NCBI GenBank assembly: GCA_016214905.1
Contig: JACRMQ010000006.1
Coordinates: 321,008 to 385,007, forward strand
Direction: 5' to 3'
DNA: 64,000 bases
Source of the DNA: Ignavibacteriales bacterium
Lineage (GTDB): Bacteria; Bacteroidota; Ignavibacteria; UBA10030; SZUA-254
Part shown: positions 58,934 through 64,000 of the stretch, piece after piece
Layout: each line of letters begins with the position of its first letter
Numbering within the stretch: position 1 is the first letter of the stretch
The notes under the pieces: model-generated
Seen by the model: only the letters and a program-made list of their open reading frames with translations
What the model was told of the DNA's origin: nothing
The model's database searches: none
Translations under genes and position numbers: made by a program

Positions 58934-60163
58934 ATGAAAGCGGTTATTAAGCCAAAGCCACAAATGTATCAGGCGTGGCAAAAAGGTTTTCAGCTTGTTG
59001 AGCGCGAAATCCCTGTCGTTAAAAATTCAAATGATATTCAATTTAAAGTTGTCGCTGCCGGCATATGCGGCACTGATGTTGGAATTTATAATTCAAAAGA
59101 TTCACTCAAGAACAGCATGGCGAATATTTCACCGGAAGGTGTAACGATTGGTCATGAATTTTGCGGAAGGATTACCGATGCCGGAGTGAAAGCGAAACTG
59201 CGACTGGCTGATCAGGTGATTCAAAAATCAAAAGAGTACAAAGAAATTAAAAAGTTCGTGAAGAACCGGTCGGCAGCGCAAGTGGCGAAAGATAAAACGT
59301 TCATCGACTATCTGAACAAAAATTTCATCGCAACCGCAGAGATGCACATAACCTGCGGCGAATGCGCTCAATGTAAGCTTGGCGATTATCATGTATGCAC
59401 GAAGACGGTAATTCGTGGATTGCACGGTGATGGATCGTATGCTGAATACATAGTGCTTCCTGCCGAGAATATTTTAATTTTCAAAAATGGTGAAATCCCT
59501 GAAGAGATTGTAGGATTCATGGATGCGATCGGGAACGCGGCACATACGGTACAAGTTCTCAAATCGATTGAAGGCAAAACAGTTGCTGTGCTGGGACTCG
59601 GAGTAATAGGTTTAATGTCGGTTGCGATTGCAAAAGGTGCGGGTGCGAAAAGAATTCTTGTAACCGATGCATCGCACGGTGAAAATACACATGAGAAATT
59701 AGAAGCTCTCAAATTTAAGATGGCTCGCTCGCTTGGGGCTGATGAATGTTTCGATGTTTCAATCCCGGAAGAGAAAAAAGAATTTTATAAAGTTGCCAAA
59801 GAGCAGAATCATGGCGCAGGTGTTGATGCCGTGCTTGAAATGTCCGGAAGCTATCATGCATACGACGATGCTTTCAATGTTGTCAGAATGGGCGGAGAGA
59901 TCGCTCTACTAGGTTTAACCAGCGGAACGCTCCCTGTAGATTTCTCCAAGCATGTAATCTTTCCCGGTATCACAATTCACGGAGTTATAGGTAGGCGAGT
60001 TTGGTCGACCTGGGATATTATGACTGATATACTTAAGAAAGGTCTGGCCAAGCGGTTCATGAAAGCCGGTTTCGTAACTCATCAAGTCCCGTTAGTCGAT
60101 TACGATAAAGGTTTTCAAGCTATTATCAATGGAGATGCTCTTAAAGTTTTATTACGACCATAG
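58934..60163 (+). CDS. tdh: Zn-dependent MDR dehydrogenase, L-threonine 3-dehydrogenase-like, with insertions
   Basis: GICGTD, GHEFCG, HITCGECAQC...C, DAIGNAAHT, GLGVIG, LEMSG, HGVIGRRVWSTW; same operon as kbl. Confidence 0.75.
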   Translation: MKAVIKPKPQMYQAWQKGFQLVEREIPVVKNSNDIQFKVVAAGICGTDVGIYNSKDSLKNSMANISPEGVTIGHEFCGRITDAGVKAKLRLADQVIQKSKEYKEIKKFVKNRSAAQVAKDKTFIDYLNKNFIATAEMHITCGECAQCKLGDYHVCTKTVIRGLHGDGSYAEYIVLPAENILIFKNGEIPEEIVGFMDAIGNAAHTVQVLKSIEGKTVAVLGLGVIGLMSVAIAKGAGAKRILVTDASHGENTHEKLEALKFKMARSLGADECFDVSIPEEKKEFYKVAKEQNHGAGVDAVLEMSGSYHAYDDAFNVVRMGGEIALLGLTSGTLPVDFSKHVIFPGITIHGVIGRRVWSTWDIMTDILKKGLAKRFMKAGFVTHQVPLVDYDKGFQAIINGDALKVLLRP

Positions 60164-60295
60164 AATCGGATTATTCGTGATCATCTATGAAGTTTTATCG
60201 CTTTTAGTTATATTGTAGGCACTATCAATGTGCCGCCCACGTTCTTCAAAAATCTCTGTAATTTATTCAAAACTCAAATATTTCTCACTCGCGGG

Positions 60296-60670
60296 ATGAT
60301 AAAAAGTATCGGTATAGATATCGTGGGGATCGAGAAATTTAAGCATGTTGAGAATGATAAGAATTTCTTAGGAGAGATTCTAACCGGACAAGAAATCTCA
60401 TTGATTCGAGACAGTAAAAACAGTACAGCTTATATCGCAAAAATATTCGCTCTAAAAGAAGCTGTAATGAAATCTCTCGGTTGGGGATTGACGTACGGAT
60501 CATACTGGCACGATATCGAGGTGTTGGATGATGGTCAAATTAAGCTGACCGGAATCTTGAAAGTGCAGGCAGAGAAAATGCAGGTGTCAAAGATTCATAG
60601 TTCATATTCAAATTCAAAAAAATATATTACAGCATTTGTACTTCTTGAAGATTATAAGGAGAATTCATGA
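60296..60670 (+). CDS. acpS: Holo-ACP synthase (AcpS-type 4'-phosphopantetheinyl transferase)
   Basis: IGIDIV, FALKEAVMKSLG, WHDIEV. Start ATG 60296 (ORF open from 60230); stop overlaps the next start. Confidence 0.88.
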   Translation: MIKSIGIDIVGIEKFKHVENDKNFLGEILTGQEISLIRDSKNSTAYIAKIFALKEAVMKSLGWGLTYGSYWHDIEVLDDGQIKLTGILKVQAEKMQVSKIHSSYSNSKKYITAFVLLEDYKENS

Positions 60671-62370
60671 GTCATATAGGTTCATACGAAGAAAGATATA
60701 AATCATTTAACTGGAAACAGTCGGAGGAGGAATTAGAGTACGGTAAAAACGGAATGTATAATATTGGTTACTATTGCAGTGACCGAGTTTGCGAAAAGGG
60801 CAATGGTAAAAAATTAGGTTTGATCTGGGAAGGATTCACAGGTGAAGTGAAGAAATATAGTTATGATGACATCCGTGTTTACAGTAATACGATTGCCAAG
60901 TTTTTACAGGATACGGGAGTTAATGTGGGCGACAGAGTTTGCCTCTTCATGGATAAGGTCCCTGAATTGTATATCGGTTTTATTGGAATACTTAAAATGG
61001 GTGGAATTACACAGCCGTTATTTTCTGCATTCGGCGAAGAAGCTTTATTCACTCGTCTTGATGATGCAAAAACAAAAGCTATTATGATTCAAAAGAAACA
61101 TTTACCCAAAGTCAGAAGGATCAAAGATAAACTTCCCAATTTGACAAAAATTATTGTGATCGATGCTGATGAAGCAGCAACGCCGCAAATAAATGAGATT
61201 CATTTCTGGATGGAAAAAGCTCCGAAGGTTGAAAAATTTGATATCGTGAAAGTCGGTCCGGAAGTGCCATCGGTCATTCACTATACGTCGGGGACAACCG
61301 GCAAACCGAAAGGTGCGCAGCATGCTCATTCATCGATTATCGCACAGTACATTACGTCTAAATGGGTTCTCGATTTACAACCGGATGATATTTACTGGTG
61401 CACTGCCGATCCGGGTTGGGTTACAGGAACATCGTACGGAATCATTGGTCCGTGGGCGTTGGGTGTAACTCAGGTTGTACTCGATGCAGGTTTTGGCGCG
61501 GAAAAATGGTATGCGTTTATGCATAAATATAAAGTTTCCATGTGGTACTCGGCGCCGACTGCCATTCGTTTGCTGATGAAAGAAGGAATAGAAGCTGTTA
61601 AGAAATATGATCTTTCAACGTTACGTCATTTGGCAAGCGTGGGTGAGCCGCTGAACGCCGAAGCAGTTGTATGGTCTGAAAAAGCATTCGGAAAAATGTT
61701 TCATGATACTTATTGGCAAACCGAAACCGGCGCGATGATGATTACAAATTACCCGGGAATGAAAATTAAACCGGGTTCAATGGGAAAACCATTCCCCGGT
61801 ATTACGGCAACAGTTCTCAATACAAAAACCTATGAGCCGATCACTTCTGCCGGTATAGTCGGACTCATTGCTATCAAACCGGGTTGGCCCTCAATGATGC
61901 GCTCTTACTGGAATAACAAAACAACATACGATAGTAAGTTCAAAAACGGTTGGTATATTTGCGGTGACCGCGCAAGTATTGATAACGAAGGATACTTTTG
62001 GTTTGTTGGTCGCGATGACGATGTGATTAACACGGCAGGACATTTAGTAGGACCGTTTGAGATCGAATCGGCATTACTTGAACATAAAGCTGTTGCAGAG
62101 TCAGCCGCAGTGGGAAAACCCGATCCTGTAAATATGGAAGTAGTGAAAGCATTCATCGCTCTGAAACCCGGTTTCGATCCGAGTGGAGATATGGAGCTTG
62201 ATATTATGAACTTCATAAGGAAAAAACTTTCTCCATTGGCTATGCCGCAGGAGATCGAGTTTGTCCCGTCGCTTCCTAAGACAAGAAGCGGTAAAATTAT
62301 GCGCCGACTTCTCCGTGCTAAAGAGTGGGGAGAAGAAATCGGAGATACATCAACGTTAGAAAACGACTAA
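60667..62370 (+). CDS. acsA: Acetate-activating adenylate-forming ligase (AcsA-type acetyl-CoA synthetase)
   Basis: YTSGTTGKPKG, YWCTADPGWVTG, SVGEP, DTYWQTETG, GRDDDVI, LPKTRSGKIMRR. Confidence 0.88.
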   Translation: MSHIGSYEERYKSFNWKQSEEELEYGKNGMYNIGYYCSDRVCEKGNGKKLGLIWEGFTGEVKKYSYDDIRVYSNTIAKFLQDTGVNVGDRVCLFMDKVPELYIGFIGILKMGGITQPLFSAFGEEALFTRLDDAKTKAIMIQKKHLPKVRRIKDKLPNLTKIIVIDADEAATPQINEIHFWMEKAPKVEKFDIVKVGPEVPSVIHYTSGTTGKPKGAQHAHSSIIAQYITSKWVLDLQPDDIYWCTADPGWVTGTSYGIIGPWALGVTQVVLDAGFGAEKWYAFMHKYKVSMWYSAPTAIRLLMKEGIEAVKKYDLSTLRHLASVGEPLNAEAVVWSEKAFGKMFHDTYWQTETGAMMITNYPGMKIKPGSMGKPFPGITATVLNTKTYEPITSAGIVGLIAIKPGWPSMMRSYWNNKTTYDSKFKNGWYICGDRASIDNEGYFWFVGRDDDVINTAGHLVGPFEIESALLEHKAVAESAAVGKPDPVNMEVVKAFIALKPGFDPSGDMELDIMNFIRKKLSPLAMPQEIEFVPSLPKTRSGKIMRRLLRAKEWGEEIGDTSTLEND

Positions 62371-62425
62371 ATAAAATTATCAATAGCTAACTGTCAATTA
62401 TTAATTATCAATTATTGGAGCTACA

Positions 62426-62680
62426 ATGTCTGAAGATATTAAGAAAATGATTATCGATTATATCAAAAAAGAATACCTCGAAGAAGATTCAGGGGTAACA
62501 GTTAATGAAAGTACGAAGCTCATATCAAGCGGAATCGTCGATTCGTTCTCGATGGTTTCGTTGAAAATGTTTTTAGAGAAAAAATTTTCCATTAAAATTC
62601 CTGATGATAAAGCGACACCCGAGGCATTTGATTCTGTGAATAACATAATGAATCTCCTAAAAGAATATACAAAAAGTTAA
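62426..62680 (+). CDS. Discrete acyl/aminoacyl carrier protein
   Basis: 84 aa; GIVDSF phosphopantetheine motif (Ser40); GGAG RBS; between the ligase and kbl. Confidence 0.9.
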   Translation: MSEDIKKMIIDYIKKEYLEEDSGVTVNESTKLISSGIVDSFSMVSLKMFLEKKFSIKIPDDKATPEAFDSVNNIMNLLKEYTKS

Positions 62681-62689
62681 GGAGCAATT

Positions 62690-63937
62690 ATGGCATATAG
62701 TGAAAAAGCAAAATCGTTTTACGATGATACTTTGAAAAATATCCGTCAGGACGGATTATTTAAAGAAGAGAGATTTATAGAATCACCTCAGGCAGCTAAT
62801 ATTAAAGTTGAGTTTCCACTCGGTGCACAGCAGAAACAAGTATTGAATTTCTGTGCGAATAATTATCTCGGCTTGTCGAGTCATCCTGAAGTTGTAAAAG
62901 CCGCGCATGATGGGCTTGATTCTCGCGGCTACGGTATGTCATCTGTGCGTTTTATCTGCGGAACGCAGGATATTCATCATGAATTAGAAGATAAATTGAC
63001 AAAGTTCCTGGGCACAGAAGATACAATTTTATTTCCATCATGCATGGAAGCAAACGCCGCAATATTTGAAGTGATGCTTGATAAAGAAGACGCTATGATT
63101 TCTGATCGGCTCGTTCACGCTTCGATTGTTGACGGTATGCGTCTGAGCAAAGCGCAACTTTTCAATTACAAGCACAACAACATGGCTCATCTTGAAGAGA
63201 AACTTCAGGAAACTCAGAACTGTCGCTTTCGACTCATCATCACTGATGGCGTGTTTTCAATGGATGGAGATCTTGCAAAGCTCGATGAAATTTGTAACCT
63301 TGCAGAAAAATATGATGCGATGGTTATGGTGGATGATTCACACGCCTCAGGATTCATCGGAAAAACAGGCCGTGGTACGCACGAACATTTTAATGTCATG
63401 GGTCGCGTTGATGTAATTACAACAACACTCGGTAAAGCGCTCGGTGGTGCTACGGGCGGTTGTGTTAGTGGACGAAAAGGTATTGTTGATCTATGCCGTC
63501 AACGTGCCCGACCATATTTATTTTCAAATACAGTCCCGCCGGTTGTTGTTGCTGCCTCGATAAAAGTAATTGATTTAATTTCAGACACAACTGAACGACG
63601 GGATAAGCTTGAACGAAATACAAAATATTTCCGTGAGAAGATGACCAAGGCAGGACTAGACATCAAAGAAGGAGAAACACCGATTGTACCGGTTATGTTA
63701 TACAATGCGAAACTTGCCCAGGACGTAGCCCGCGATATGTATACAGAAGGAATTTATGTTATCGGTTTCTTCTTCCCTGTGGTAGCACAAGGGCAGGCAC
63801 GAATCCGAACGCAGATTTCTGCCGATCATGAGATCGAGCATATAGATAAAGCTGTTGCAGCATTTACAAAAGTCGGAGCAAAGTATAATATCCTCGGTAA
63901 GAAGCGCGATGAAATAATCGCGATGTATGGTATGTAA
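62690..63937 (+). CDS. kbl: Glycine C-acetyltransferase (2-amino-3-ketobutyrate ligase), PLP-dependent alpha-oxoamine synthase family
   Basis: NFCANNYLGL, SSVRFICGTQDIH, HASIVDG, DDSHA, TLGKALGG, RPYLFSN, PVV...ARIRTQIS. Confidence 0.92.
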   Translation: MAYSEKAKSFYDDTLKNIRQDGLFKEERFIESPQAANIKVEFPLGAQQKQVLNFCANNYLGLSSHPEVVKAAHDGLDSRGYGMSSVRFICGTQDIHHELEDKLTKFLGTEDTILFPSCMEANAAIFEVMLDKEDAMISDRLVHASIVDGMRLSKAQLFNYKHNNMAHLEEKLQETQNCRFRLIITDGVFSMDGDLAKLDEICNLAEKYDAMVMVDDSHASGFIGKTGRGTHEHFNVMGRVDVITTTLGKALGGATGGCVSGRKGIVDLCRQRARPYLFSNTVPPVVVAASIKVIDLISDTTERRDKLERNTKYFREKMTKAGLDIKEGETPIVPVMLYNAKLAQDVARDMYTEGIYVIGFFFPVVAQGQARIRTQISADHEIEHIDKAVAAFTKVGAKYNILGKKRDEIIAMYGM

Positions 63938-64000
63938 GAATTAATTTCGAAATCCTAATTCAGAAATTTTAAAATTTTAGGATTTGTCAGCCAGAGGCTG

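Noticed and set aside
60296..63937. Sphingolipid (Spt + ACP + acyl-ACP synthetase) or biotin (BioF) cluster
   Set aside because: The PLP enzyme has Kbl-specific motifs (SVRFICGTQDIH, RPYLFSN, ARIRTQIS), and the ligase keeps the small acetate pocket (WQTE), unlike long-chain ligases. It remains a mechanistic analogy only.

Overview
Chromosomal window from a Gram-negative bacterium. The many LEQNYPNPFNPxT type-A T9SS C-terminal domains, Shine-Dalgarno use and gene order point to the Ignavibacteria/Chlorobi side of the FCB group (inference). Housekeeping blocks: ispE; kdsA-kdsC-kdsD-lptC-lptA-lptB; purE; pepT/OPT; SRP RNA; rne/rng-tal-gcvT-comB-ftsK-lolA; ppi-holA; rpmE; rsmB. These alternate with accessory blocks: a cluster of T9SS-secreted or surface proteins (5.9-14.3 kb) carrying repeated domains I cannot assign; an NfrA/NfrB-like surface-glycan module with a stand-alone receiver; a minor-pilin-like triad; and a repeat-rich island (52.8-55.9 kb). 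The best candidate for an undescribed system is the terminal operon tdh-like - acpS - acetate-activating ligase - discrete carrier protein - kbl. It looks like a carrier-protein (ACP)-dependent version of the threonine <-> glycine + acetyl pathway. I found no tRNA, rRNA, CRISPR array, transposase or integrase. All assignments come from motif recognition by eye, not database searches.
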